From the sequence record OQ031493.1: a stretch of 64,000 nt of DNA. The stretch is one strand, 5' to 3'. Under the pieces are notes generated by a model. That model was not told the DNA's origin, searched no databases, and saw nothing but the letters and a program-made list of their open reading frames with translations. Both the position numbers and the translations under genes were made by a program. Positions 1 through 10,778 of this stretch are shown here, piece after piece. Each line of letters begins with the position of its first letter. Position 1 is the first letter of the stretch.

Positions 1-1266
1 TTAGTACCTGATGCTAACTTTGTAAACATGCGTGGTGTTACGCGTATGTTTGATCCAAAGACAGATGGGCCAGCTAGACTACTCTCAACTAGTGCACTGC
101 TTGGTGTTGCAACCGAACATGATGACCCTAAGCGAATTAACTTTATATCAATTCAGCAGCAGCAAGGTATTTATGCTGATGGGTATACAGTTACACCAGT
201 TCGTACAGGCTATGAACAAATCATAGCCCAAAGGACTAGTTCTATCTTTGCTGTAGCAGCAGAACAAGATGGTGAAGTTGTAGCTATTGATGAATATGGT
301 ATCCAAGTTAAATATGCTGATGGTAATGTATTTGGATATCAATTAGGTACAGTTCATGGCACAGCAGCTGGTGTTAACTACCCACACATTCTTGTTACCT
401 CATTAAAGAAAGGTGATAAGTTTAAACGTGGAGATACTATCACATATAACAAACGTTATTTCTCTGAAGATAGGTATACGCCTGGGCAAGTATTATGGAA
501 AGCCGGTTGTATGGCTGTTGTAGCATTTGATGATAACCTTGACACTTTAGAAGACGGTTCAGTTATTTCTGAAGACCTAGCTAAAAGGTTAAATACTCAA
601 ACAACTGCAATCAAGAATATCGATGTTAGGTTTGATCAGACTATTCGAGATATGGTGAAAGTTGGGGATCATGTCGACTTAAATTCAATTCTATGTATAA
701 TTGAAGATCCTGAAACAGCTGCTCACTCACTATATGACGAGGCATCTATTGAGACATTACGCAAACTATCAGCATATTCGCCACGTGCTAAGCTCGTAGG
801 TACAGTATCAAAGATTGAATGCTTCTATCATGGTGAAATAGACGATATGACACCAAGTTTACAAGCATTAGCTAATACGTCAGATAAACAACGCGCTGAA
901 CGAGCTAAATCATTGAAAGAACCTACTTTCACTGGACAAGTAGATGCTAACTATCGAGTGAAAGGACGAGCCTTAGAATATGACCACATGATTATTCGAG
1001 TGTATATCGATCATGATATCCCATGTGGTGTTGGAGATAAAGGCGTAGTAGCTAACCAGATGAAAACGGTATTCTCCCGTGTAATGACTGGACGTAATGA
1101 AACTGAAGATGGCCGTAATATTGATCTACTATTCGGTAATACATCGGTAGAAGAACGAATGGTTCTATCTCCTAAAATCATTGCTACAACAACTGGTATC
1201 TTGTGGGCAGCTGGAAAACATCTTGTAGCTGTATATAGAGGAAACACTAATGCAAAAGCTAAGTAA
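1..1266 (+). CDS. gp178: Virion RNA polymerase beta-like subunit, N-terminal fragment gene (3' part only; frame open from base 1)
   Basis: RpoB-like motifs GVGDKGVVANQMKTVFSR (cf. GDKMAGRHGNKGVIS) and IDLLFGNTSVEERM (cf. DIVLNPLGVPSRM). The protein stops before the RpoB C-terminus, which is supplied by 28121..28795. Confidence 0.9.
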   Translation, partial: LVPDANFVNMRGVTRMFDPKTDGPARLLSTSALLGVATEHDDPKRINFISIQQQQGIYADGYTVTPVRTGYEQIIAQRTSSIFAVAAEQDGEVVAIDEYGIQVKYADGNVFGYQLGTVHGTAAGVNYPHILVTSLKKGDKFKRGDTITYNKRYFSEDRYTPGQVLWKAGCMAVVAFDDNLDTLEDGSVISEDLAKRLNTQTTAIKNIDVRFDQTIRDMVKVGDHVDLNSILCIIEDPETAAHSLYDEASIETLRKLSAYSPRAKLVGTVSKIECFYHGEIDDMTPSLQALANTSDKQRAERAKSLKEPTFTGQVDANYRVKGRALEYDHMIIRVYIDHDIPCGVGDKGVVANQMKTVFSRVMTGRNETEDGRNIDLLFGNTSVEERMVLSPKIIATTTGILWAAGKHLVAVYRGNTNAKAK

Positions 1267-1447
1267 TAATGTAGCACATGGTCAGAACATTGCTGTTCTT
1301 CATGCTGCTGTTAAACTAGGTACTCAAGCAATTCTACAATCGCTTGGTGGCACCACCAGCTCCCCATCTCTGAATGGGGAGTTTTTAACTGAGGCTGATA
1401 TTGCAGCAGCTTTAAACGCTCGCTTAATGAAGAACCTCAATATCTAA
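1250..1447 (+). CDS. Small hypothetical protein (65 aa)
   Basis: AGAGGA Shine-Dalgarno about 6 nt upstream; overlaps the gp178 stop; fills the gap before the next gene. Confidence 0.7.
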   Translation: MQKLSNNVAHGQNIAVLHAAVKLGTQAILQSLGGTTSSPSLNGEFLTEADIAAALNARLMKNLNI

Positions 1448-1458
1448 GGAGTGTTAAA

Positions 1459-3018
1459 ATGTTCTGTAAAGAAACCCAAGCTGCGATTGTTGGCTCAGCA
1501 CGTAGTCTAACTGAGGATAACCTTGTTCTAGTTATCCCTAATGAAACATATCCCCTTGCGGTCTTTGCAGATGGTTTCAGTGTAGATGGCAACTCTAATA
1601 AAGTTGCCCTCTCTGAAGAGCTGGAAGCATCTGTAGAAGAGTTCTTCGAGGAAGCTAACCAAGAGCAACCTGTTAGTGTAGAAGAAGAGCAAGAAGCTCT
1701 GATTGCACATGTCTGCTCATCATTACAAAAGATCCAATTCAATACGCAGAATGTTATTTGCCCTGCAATTGAATATATGGTACGTGTTTTTAATGAGCGT
1801 CAAAGCATTAGTTGTCAACCAGATGTAAGCGCTACATTCTACCACTATAATGCAGTTCATAGTGATCCACGCTTAACTGCACACGTTAGTACACGATACA
1901 ATAATTTACAGCCGCTACCTGAGTATCGTACCTTTATTCTAGAATCAATTGATGCTAATGAAATTATTCGGTTAGTGTCAATGGGTAATCCGCATCTAGA
2001 TCAAACTGAAGTTGAAGAATGGCTACTATCTATTCCTAATAGTGCCGCTGTTATTGAAGGTGTGTGGAATTCTATCTTCAATGATGGTCGTCTTCTCATT
2101 CCAGGTGAACTTGAATATGTTGTGGGTAGGTCCTTCCCATTCACTGTTGATTCACTAGCTCTGGCTTACATGATTTGCGGTCACTACATCGATAACCCGG
2201 TTGAAGTTATTGGCGAGAGTGATGTTGACCTAGAAACATGGTCACTAACTATTCGTAAACTACATGAGATGTTTGGATTCTATCTCAAGCGTGCTTATGA
2301 ACGTCGTCAAGCTGATCGTGATGCAGGTCTACTCATCCTAGCCTCAGAAGCTAATAATGTAGTTGCTAATTCTCGTTGCAAAGTAATCATTAATGGTGAT
2401 GTTGCACCTCAATTTGAATTAGCCGGTGGTGACATCCAAGCTATCCTTGGTGCAGCTGTAGCAGGTAGTAATAACATTTACCTAGAACAGATTCTTAATA
2501 ACTCAGAACAGTTTATTCAACGTTGGCTATCAGTATATCCGCTGATTAAACAATCGGCTATGGATAAAGGTTTACGTAAACTACGCAATGACATTCATGA
2601 ATCATTTATGGATGGTGTCATTAATACTGAACTTAAAGATCGCCATGTTAATGAACTCGAATATCGTATTAAAGAAGCAATGAGTACGATGACGACTGAA
2701 GATCTTAAGAATCCTTATATCACCTTTGGTAAACTTATCTGTAAAACATTCTTTACAGAAAATGTTTACTGGCAATATCTGCTAGCAGTTGATGAATTTA
2801 GTCAAATGTATCCTGAGGCCACTCTACGTGAACTCAATACACAATCACTAATTTCACTAATGGCAGCATGGCTGTCTCAACAGATTAAAGTTGAGCGGTT
2901 CACTGGTGTTGTTGATCCTTATGCAAAACTACCAGTAAAAGAAGTTATTGAAACTGTAGAAGATGATAGCACTGAAACTTTAGATGATGTTGAAATCGAA
3001 GAAGAAGTTTCTAATTAA
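1459..3018 (+). CDS. Conserved phiKZ-like virion/head protein (positionally gp177)
   Basis: 519-aa ORF with AAGGAG RBS, acidic N- and C-terminal stretches; lies between vRNAP and protease genes. Confidence 0.7.
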   Translation: MFCKETQAAIVGSARSLTEDNLVLVIPNETYPLAVFADGFSVDGNSNKVALSEELEASVEEFFEEANQEQPVSVEEEQEALIAHVCSSLQKIQFNTQNVICPAIEYMVRVFNERQSISCQPDVSATFYHYNAVHSDPRLTAHVSTRYNNLQPLPEYRTFILESIDANEIIRLVSMGNPHLDQTEVEEWLLSIPNSAAVIEGVWNSIFNDGRLLIPGELEYVVGRSFPFTVDSLALAYMICGHYIDNPVEVIGESDVDLETWSLTIRKLHEMFGFYLKRAYERRQADRDAGLLILASEANNVVANSRCKVIINGDVAPQFELAGGDIQAILGAAVAGSNNIYLEQILNNSEQFIQRWLSVYPLIKQSAMDKGLRKLRNDIHESFMDGVINTELKDRHVNELEYRIKEAMSTMTTEDLKNPYITFGKLICKTFFTENVYWQYLLAVDEFSQMYPEATLRELNTQSLISLMAAWLSQQIKVERFTGVVDPYAKLPVKEVIETVEDDSTETLDDVEIEEEVSN

Positions 3019-3064
3019 ATTATCTTAATGGTTAATAATCATTAAAACATGCAATCGATGATAA

Positions 3065-3092
3065 ACTCCGGTATTTGGAAGGATACCGGAGT
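3065..3092. other. Perfect 10-bp hairpin without U-tract in the intergenic region
   Basis: ACTCCGGTAT-8 nt loop-ATACCGGAGT. Confidence 0.7.
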
Positions 3093-3165
3093 AATACAGC
3101 GAATATTTAAAGGTGCATGATTTTGATTAAGTATTTTAATCTTTACATAAATGAACAATTAGGAC

Positions 3166-3894
3166 ATGATAATGGACGTACGTTCTCTTCGACGGGATCC
3201 AGAACGGGTCCACAGTCATCTAACTGATTTAGAAGATAATTCAGTAGTAACTAATGCCCCATGTAAAATACAGATTCCAGAAAGATTTACAGGAAGACAT
3301 CTAGCTGTTATTGGTAGTGAAGTATTCACTATTGGTATATTTCCTATTATTTTTAATGATGAATATTACGCAGTAAATAATACCATTGCAATGATGCGGA
3401 TAAATCCAATCTCTACTGAACGCGTCCACATCAATGGTGAAGTTTATCTAGAATTTCATTTTGATAAAGGTAGTAAGATTTTCCAGAATACTTACTTAGT
3501 TGTTAATGATACATTAACTTACTATGTCTATGATGAGTTAATTAACAAAGGAAACTTCCCTTGGTATATTAACTATTATGACAAAGCCAAATTATTTGAG
3601 ACAGCTAATTTACACGCTGGTGTTAACCTTGGTGGATGGCCTACATTACAACTTATTATTTCAACCACTCAGCGTGCCTCGGATGATATATCACAACTAT
3701 ATCGACATGTGTTAACTAGACACAGTGATATCGTGGATAATCCACCAGTCGACGTACCATTCCGTTCAGTTATCTGGAATACTTCAGACACAACATCAAA
3801 ACTCAATGGGGCTTATTTTGATCAAGGTATCACATCAGCACTTGTTAACCCATCTGAGTCAGTAGAGCTTATTGAAGAACTCCTCAGGACCTAA
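3166..3894 (+). CDS. gp176: Putative additional virion RNAP subunit (gp176 family)
   Basis: 242 aa, immediately upstream of the head protease; function recalled from phiKZ/SPN3US work, not evident from motifs. Confidence 0.55.
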   Translation: MIMDVRSLRRDPERVHSHLTDLEDNSVVTNAPCKIQIPERFTGRHLAVIGSEVFTIGIFPIIFNDEYYAVNNTIAMMRINPISTERVHINGEVYLEFHFDKGSKIFQNTYLVVNDTLTYYVYDELINKGNFPWYINYYDKAKLFETANLHAGVNLGGWPTLQLIISTTQRASDDISQLYRHVLTRHSDIVDNPPVDVPFRSVIWNTSDTTSKLNGAYFDQGITSALVNPSESVELIEELLRT

Positions 3895-3905
3895 GGAGTT
3901 GCGTT

Positions 3906-4718
3906 ATGCAACCATATTCTAATTTTTCTGGTTTGCAACAGCGTACTAATAACCAAGTAGTTATCGGCAGTGATATGTTAGCCGGTACTAATAAAAAAGG
4001 TGTATTAGTACCTGATGCGGATGGTTACTATCTAACTCCACTAGGAGCTTATGGTACCCGAAATTCAGCTGGTATGTTCTATGAAATGGCATCCGGCGTA
4101 TCTATGTTTAATCCAGACTCACCTTTAATGCGCCGTGTTAAAAAGGGTGTTCTATTCATGGAATACAAACACCCTGAACCCTATCGTAAAGATGGCACAC
4201 GGATGAATGAACATGAGTACCTAATGCGAATTCGTCAAATCGATGATGATCGTGTGTGTGCGCATATTAAGGAACTTATTCTGGTTGATTCTACAGATGA
4301 GAAAGGTCTTCCTATTAAACTAGTACTTGGCAAATGCAAACCATACGGTCCTTTTGGTAAGTACTTCGAAGCATCTATTACCAATCCTTCTCAGAATACT
4401 TATTGCTCGGTAAGGTCAATAACTCAAGATGATCCTATGCGCGGTATCAAATATACCCGTGAGATTTCAACTTGGGATATGGTTGGGGAAGGTGGTATTT
4501 ACGGTGCTAATAAATGGAATTCCCCTGCATTAGAGAACTATGAAGATCAATTAATGGTTATCACGCCTGATACTCTATATCAGGTACAGCGTGAACGTGA
4601 ACGTCAAATTAACATGGGTTTTGAATGTTCTGATATCACCAATGTGACAGATCTAGCGAAAAGTCTTGGCTGGGATATTTCACCAGTTAAACATAGGCGC
4701 CCTGGCTTCATGCGTTAA
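3906..4718 (+). CDS. gp175: Prohead (head maturation) serine protease
   Basis: 270 aa, EYKHP and YCSVRS catalytic-type motifs, C-terminal ALE/GFE self-cleavage-type sites; matches recalled phiKZ gp175. Confidence 0.85.
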   Translation: MQPYSNFSGLQQRTNNQVVIGSDMLAGTNKKGVLVPDADGYYLTPLGAYGTRNSAGMFYEMASGVSMFNPDSPLMRRVKKGVLFMEYKHPEPYRKDGTRMNEHEYLMRIRQIDDDRVCAHIKELILVDSTDEKGLPIKLVLGKCKPYGPFGKYFEASITNPSQNTYCSVRSITQDDPMRGIKYTREISTWDMVGEGGIYGANKWNSPALENYEDQLMVITPDTLYQVQRERERQINMGFECSDITNVTDLAKSLGWDISPVKHRRPGFMR

Positions 4719-4730
4719 AAATAAAAAAAA

Positions 4731-4767
4731 GACATAATGCCCTCCCGTAATGGGAGGGCTTATGCTG

Positions 4768-4769
<2 letters not shown>
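4731..4769. terminator. GCCCTCCC-family hairpin between convergent genes
   Basis: GACATAATGCCCTCCC-GTAAT-GGGAGGGCTTATGCTGTC; A-tract on the left gives a U-tract on the minus strand. Confidence 0.8.
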
Positions 4770-5892
<1,123 letters not shown>

Positions 5893-5915
5893 TCAAGCCC
5901 CAATATTAAAAACTA

Positions 5916-6842
5916 CTATTTTTTATAAGCAATAAATTTTCCAATATGCTTGAATCCCTTACAACTAATAGTAACTTTAATCGGATATTTAGCCTTCATT
6001 ACATAAATTAACCTGGACATATTAAACGGCGCATAAAGTATAAAATCATTATCTACCATTTCTTTATGGAATGCATTAATCTTATCTTGGACTAGTTTAA
6101 TATAATCCTCATCATTAATAATACTTTGTTTATCTGAAATAACAATCTTATCTACAGTATCGCCTTCAGCACATAGTCTTTCATATACCTCAGTACGGAT
6201 AAATGTATTAACTGCGATATATGTATTTTCTGTTACTTGTGTAGCTTGTGCACTATAAATATCACTAATACAGTAATTAGGTTTATATGGACCAAATGGA
6301 TCAATAATATCTTTAATAGATACACTCTTTTTTGGTAGAACATGGGGTGTTTCTAAAAATGAAACACTGTCATGTGCATCAATATCTAAATACTTATTGA
6401 CTAGTGGGGCAACGCGGTTGAATGCCTCTTCATAGATAGCATACATGTAGCCACGGTAATCTGGTAAAGACGCATAATAATTACGCTGAACAACAGTCTC
6501 GCAACTACTAACATAATTATAAAAAATATCTGCGTGCCTTAAAACATTATTAAATTCATCTACGCCTAGAATTGAACTAATCCAACTAACATCATTATCG
6601 TGGATAAATATAGCTAAACGAAGGTTTTGCCGTTTTGGATTAGTTTCATCTTGGAATGGATATGTTGTATATAGCTCAGTGATAGCTTGTTTAACTACAT
6701 CAGGTGATTCATTGAAAAATTCTTTTGAGAATTGATCAATTGACATATTTTGTCTTTGCTGATATAGTTCATTAATACGTGCTTCTACTTGCACAAGGAA
6801 GTTAATCTTTTTACTGATTTTAAGGCTATGTTCAGTATGCAT
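5916..6842 (-). CDS. Hypothetical protein
   Basis: Long ORF; likely start MHTEHS at 6842, just after the upstream stop. Confidence 0.7.
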   Translation of the reverse strand: MHTEHSLKISKKINFLVQVEARINELYQQRQNMSIDQFSKEFFNESPDVVKQAITELYTTYPFQDETNPKRQNLRLAIFIHDNDVSWISSILGVDEFNNVLRHADIFYNYVSSCETVVQRNYYASLPDYRGYMYAIYEEAFNRVAPLVNKYLDIDAHDSVSFLETPHVLPKKSVSIKDIIDPFGPYKPNYCISDIYSAQATQVTENTYIAVNTFIRTEVYERLCAEGDTVDKIVISDKQSIINDEDYIKLVQDKINAFHKEMVDNDFILYAPFNMSRLIYVMKAKYPIKVTISCKGFKHIGKFIAYKK

Positions 6843-6846
6843 TAAG

Positions 6847-7287
6847 TTATCTCTGTTTGATTGATTTAATAACATCACAAACAATTTCAAACCATTCTTT
6901 TTCTTGAATGGTTAGGTTTGCTCCTGATAAAACTAATGGACCAAAACTTTTTGCTTTAAATAAAACGAATGGTCGACTATTAAGATTTAATAATAGGGTA
7001 TCACGAAGGATATTGGTAAGTCCATCTACGTATTGATACTTTAAACCATAGTCTAATTTATAATGGGAATTAACCTCTGGTTGAAGAAAAGCCTTTTCTT
7101 TTTTACCAGTGATGAGATACATCCGAAGACCTTTGAATGAAAAGAAATTCTCATTATCAAGTGTGGTCTTCTTCTCTTTTCCATTAAACTGAAATAGATC
7201 AGGGAGCAGTGTATTACCGCTCTGATCTACAATGATGCTATCTACAGGATAATTATTTTGTACCCATGGGGTTTCTGGATTATTCAT
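6847..7287 (-). CDS. Hypothetical protein
   Basis: Likely ATG at 7287 with GGAG RBS, overlapping the upstream stop. Confidence 0.65.
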   Translation of the reverse strand: MNNPETPWVQNNYPVDSIIVDQSGNTLLPDLFQFNGKEKKTTLDNENFFSFKGLRMYLITGKKEKAFLQPEVNSHYKLDYGLKYQYVDGLTNILRDTLLLNLNSRPFVLFKAKSFGPLVLSGANLTIQEKEWFEIVCDVIKSIKQR

Positions 7288-8041
7288 TTGAATTAGGCTC
7301 CACCCAATGAGGATCAGGTACAGGAACAATATGCACACTGTCCTCTAGTTTATCTCGAAGATTAGGATCATCAGTCCATTGTAGAGAAAGAGTGTATCTC
7401 TCCTCTTTAGGCCGTAGTAGTAGGAATCCACGTCTTAATGTATTCCAAGACATATTGGGCGATAGTAAACCACGCCTTTGTGTATTAGCCAATGAGGTAA
7501 GTTTCTTTTTATCCAATCCTACAAGGTTGACTGGATTATTTAAAAACTCTTCCCATAGCTTATCCCACTTCTCCTGGTTAATTCCTTCTTTCCAGAGAAT
7601 ATGCCTATACAGATGGGCCATTGTAGTTGTAGCTGGTTTTTGATTCTTAAAAATTTCACATTCTTCATAGGGGAAATCATTTGCAGAGCAAGTTACCTCA
7701 TCTTCAGTTGGATCGATATTGATCGTATAAACTGAATCAGGTTTTGATGTACCCCAAATCAGACGTACCTCTAATGTTGCTTTAACAGGTGATAAGAAAT
7801 CAATAGCTTTCTTAAAGCCATCCCAACTCATTGTATCAGCTTTAAGTGCTTTATTAAGATTACCTTTATCTGGATTATTCTTGTTATGTGGTTTTTGAAA
7901 GTATGCATTCAAACGTTTATCCCAAGCAAACTGTGTCATATTACGCCACAGTAGTACTTCCCGGAAAACATAACACAAAACCCCTTCTGCCTGCCTTAAT
8001 CCTTTTTGAGGATCGCTTAATAAGTCTTTTACAGATTCCAT
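7280..8041 (-). CDS. Hypothetical protein with internal domain duplication
   Basis: Two similar halves: YVFREVLLWRNMTQFAWDK...MSWDGFKKAIDFLSP and HLYRHILWKEGINQEKWDK...MSWNTLRRGFLLLRP. Confidence 0.75.
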   Translation of the reverse strand: MESVKDLLSDPQKGLRQAEGVLCYVFREVLLWRNMTQFAWDKRLNAYFQKPHNKNNPDKGNLNKALKADTMSWDGFKKAIDFLSPVKATLEVRLIWGTSKPDSVYTINIDPTEDEVTCSANDFPYEECEIFKNQKPATTTMAHLYRHILWKEGINQEKWDKLWEEFLNNPVNLVGLDKKKLTSLANTQRRGLLSPNMSWNTLRRGFLLLRPKEERYTLSLQWTDDPNLRDKLEDSVHIVPVPDPHWVEPNSNE

Positions 8042-8111
8042 CTTTTTTACACCTACGGTGAATTGATAATAAACACACTTTATATTAATTTATACTTGTA
8101 TAGTCTGCACC

Positions 8112-8636
8112 TCATAGTAACTTAATAATTGCTCTTGATAGTTCAATAATATCATAGTACATTCTATCCATCTGGCGCTGATATGCTTGATGGTTAATCT
8201 GTTCAAGATATTCAGTTTGTTGCCAAATTAAGTCACGCATAGTTTCAATAGATTTACATACATCAATAAAACTATCATTACTGTTTATAAAATATTCATC
8301 AAGGTCAATTGATTTCCTGTCGATAAACTCAGTACGACACATTTCACTAATCTTTAGATCATCTTCATTTGCAATATGATCATTTAACCTAGTTAGAGCA
8401 TCTAATAAATAACCAATACTGTAATGTCTTAGATAGACAGGAACACCTATCATCTTCCTGATGGTCAGAGTTTTTAATTCATCCAGATTAATTAATTGCC
8501 AGAAATTATTAATAGCTTTTAATCGTTCTTCACCTGAAATAATATCTTTATCTATCCGTTCTAATTCAGTTAGAAGTTGTTCTTTACCAACTTCCTTTTG
8601 GAAGCCCCGGAAATATTGAATAAGTTTCTTAAACAT
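8112..8636 (-). CDS. Hypothetical helical protein
   Basis: 174-aa ORF with AGG RBS. Confidence 0.7.
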   Translation of the reverse strand: MFKKLIQYFRGFQKEVGKEQLLTELERIDKDIISGEERLKAINNFWQLINLDELKTLTIRKMIGVPVYLRHYSIGYLLDALTRLNDHIANEDDLKISEMCRTEFIDRKSIDLDEYFINSNDSFIDVCKSIETMRDLIWQQTEYLEQINHQAYQRQMDRMYYDIIELSRAIIKLL

Positions 8637-8715
8637 GATATAGGACCTATTTTTCAGATACTTAGCATATGGTAAGTATGTTAGGTATTACTATTACTAA
8701 TTAGAGGATAATAAA

Positions 8716-9231
8716 ATGTTCCATGGTGCAGATTTATCTGATGAGCCTTTAGAAAAGAAATCATCAACTACAGAAGAAAAGGTATATGCTGATCTAGAAT
8801 ATGAGCAGCAGATACGGTATACACAATCAGTTAAAGAGAAAGTACTAAAAGCTGTATTAGAAAATACAACTGGTAAAGTACCTACTGATAAAGAATCAGT
8901 TGATATGATTCTTAAATTAACAGATTCAATGGATAAGACAACAATTGCTAACCGTCGTATTCAAGTTGATTCTGAGGGTGCACGCTCTAACCGTGAACTT
9001 GCTGAAGGCTTTGCTGAATTCGTTAAGATGCAAATGAACCGTAATCCATTAATACGTGATCCGAATGATGTCCCTGCAACACCACGTGAGATTCCAGATA
9101 TTCCTGATGAGGAATTTGAGAATTACACTATTGAAGAAGGTGAAACTGAAATCGGTATCATCATGGAGGAATCCAATGCATTTATGGAGCGGATGGATGC
9201 TGCACGAGAAAAAGAATTAGAAAACGATTGA
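8716..9231 (+). CDS. Acidic hypothetical protein
   Basis: AGAGGA RBS; 171 aa; followed by a family hairpin. Confidence 0.75.
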   Translation: MFHGADLSDEPLEKKSSTTEEKVYADLEYEQQIRYTQSVKEKVLKAVLENTTGKVPTDKESVDMILKLTDSMDKTTIANRRIQVDSEGARSNRELAEGFAEFVKMQMNRNPLIRDPNDVPATPREIPDIPDEEFENYTIEEGETEIGIIMEESNAFMERMDAAREKELEND

Positions 9232-9238
9232 TATTAAC

Positions 9239-9274
9239 GACATATAGCCCTCCCGTAATGGGAGGGCGTTATGC
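9239..9274. terminator. GCCCTCCC-family hairpin between convergent genes
   Basis: GACATATAGCCCTCCC-GTAAT-GGGAGGGCGTTATGC. Confidence 0.8.
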
Positions 9275-9276
9275 AC

Positions 9277-9975
9277 TTAATACAAATCGATATCTAATAC
9301 ATCACCAACTGTATTTACGATTACTTCAACAGGTGGTAGCTCAATATTACCAATTGATTTCTTAATAACATTCATTTGGTTAATAACTTGATTATGATCA
9401 GATGTTACTTTAAGAGCTAATAGTCCAATAGCAGTTAAACTTACGATTGCAGTTGAGTTATCTGAAATAGTTTCATATGCAGCTTTACCTACTTTCTTAA
9501 TAGTTTTAAATAGAGTAGGTTTATTTTGACGAATTAGTTTTCGTTCTTTTGCTTTAGCTAGCTCATCATCAAATTCTTTATTAAAGCTACGGCGTTTACT
9601 CCAATCATAAACACCTGGTGAAACTTCTTCAAAATTGGAAGAGATTGCACCAAAATCACTAGCATGGCTAAACATCCATTTAAAGATAAAGCGATTAGAA
9701 AGAACCCACGCCTGTAGATTAGTTTCTGCATCGTTGATTAGTTTAATAGCATCGCTTCCAGTAGCCACTTGGCCATTAGCTTTAACAAATAAAATCAGTC
9801 TTACAGTAGTACCATTGATTACTGTGTTATTCACATTTGCAATCCTGGTATAAATTTCTTTAATAATTCGCTTTTGTTTATCTAAATCAGCACCATTTAA
9901 ACGAATATTAAATTGACGGTCTAATACGGCCATTGCAGTTTCCTCTAGGGTTATTGTACCTAAAGTATACTGCAT
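9277..9975 (-). CDS. Hypothetical protein with C-proximal hydrophobic segment
   Basis: 232 aa; TAIVSLTAIGLLALKV. Confidence 0.7.
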   Translation of the reverse strand: MQYTLGTITLEETAMAVLDRQFNIRLNGADLDKQKRIIKEIYTRIANVNNTVINGTTVRLILFVKANGQVATGSDAIKLINDAETNLQAWVLSNRFIFKWMFSHASDFGAISSNFEEVSPGVYDWSKRRSFNKEFDDELAKAKERKLIRQNKPTLFKTIKKVGKAAYETISDNSTAIVSLTAIGLLALKVTSDHNQVINQMNVIKKSIGNIELPPVEVIVNTVGDVLDIDLY

Positions 9976-9982
9976 GACCGTA

Positions 9983-10411
9983 TTATTTTAATTTTTTACA
10001 TGCTTTATAAAACCGTGTACCAACGTACAAAATAAACCCGCCAATAACAGCAACTGATGTGATTGTTTCCAGCGGCATGCGCTTAGCGGGTTCTTCAATT
10101 GGTACTGTAACAGCTGGTAATTCAATTCTTTTCTCAATAACTTTTTTACCAGTTAACTTATAATAAACATCTGGTTCTAATGTTATCGATTCAAGAATCT
10201 GATTACTACATGGATAGCGTGTGACGCCTCCATGTCCATCTGCAACATAGAAGCTGAATGTATCGCCTACACGATGTAAGTCAACCACACTACCCATATA
10301 TGTCATATGAGCTGGATAGAGTTCTGCCTTGACCTTTCCATCGTTGAATAAGTCAATGACGGAACTCTTCTTTAGCTCACCCATTAAGTTTGCTAAAGTG
10401 AATGCCGCCAT
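9983..10411 (-). CDS. Hypothetical C-tail-anchored membrane protein
   Basis: ITSVAVIGGFILYVG followed by a basic tail. Confidence 0.7.
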   Translation of the reverse strand: MAAFTLANLMGELKKSSVIDLFNDGKVKAELYPAHMTYMGSVVDLHRVGDTFSFYVADGHGGVTRYPCSNQILESITLEPDVYYKLTGKKVIEKRIELPAVTVPIEEPAKRMPLETITSVAVIGGFILYVGTRFYKACKKLK

Positions 10412-10429
10412 TAGCGATAACCCTATTAT

Positions 10430-10636
10430 TTAATCGACTTGTTGAGCACTATCATCAATATCGATTTTATCTAGCTCATCAGTTAGAATATCTACTTCAC
10501 TGTCTAGTACCGTATCATCATCAGCTACGGTGTCATCAATAACGGTTGATTTAGAAACGGCCTTATATAGATTAATAGCGGCAACAGCGAGGGCACCAGT
10601 TGAGATAATTGCAGCTGCGATCTTTAGTACTTTCAT
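10430..10636 (-). CDS. Small N-anchored membrane protein with acidic tail
   Basis: AGGA RBS; IAAAIISTGALAVAAINLY; Asp-rich C-terminus; first gene after an early promoter. Confidence 0.75.
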   Translation of the reverse strand: MKVLKIAAAIISTGALAVAAINLYKAVSKSTVIDDTVADDDTVLDSEVDILTDELDKIDIDDSAQQVD

Positions 10637-10690
10637 TTTCTATTTTTCCTAATCATTAAGTTTTAATAAGTATCCAATATAGATACATGT

Positions 10691-10726
10691 CTGTAATATA
10701 GATCTTAAACTTTTTTTAGTGTAATA
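10691..10726 (-). promoter_or_regulatory. phiKZ-type early (vRNAP) promoter
   Basis: Minus strand TATTACACTAAAAAAAGTTTAAGATCTATATTACAG contains the TATATTAC early consensus; near-identical copy at 62399-62433. Confidence 0.8.
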
Positions 10727-10740
10727 AAAAAATTAATGCG

Positions 10741-10775
10741 ATATAAACCCCCTCCCGAAGGAGAGGGTAATATGT
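10741..10775. terminator. Family hairpin variant
   Basis: ATATAAACCCCCTCC-CGAA-GGAGAGGGTAATATGT. Confidence 0.7.
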
Positions 10776-10778
10776 ATA

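Noticed and set aside
3039-3110. RYLEG-containing frame overlapping the 3065 hairpin
   Set aside because: Single motif copy, out of frame with both neighbours, preceded by two stops and has no start codon
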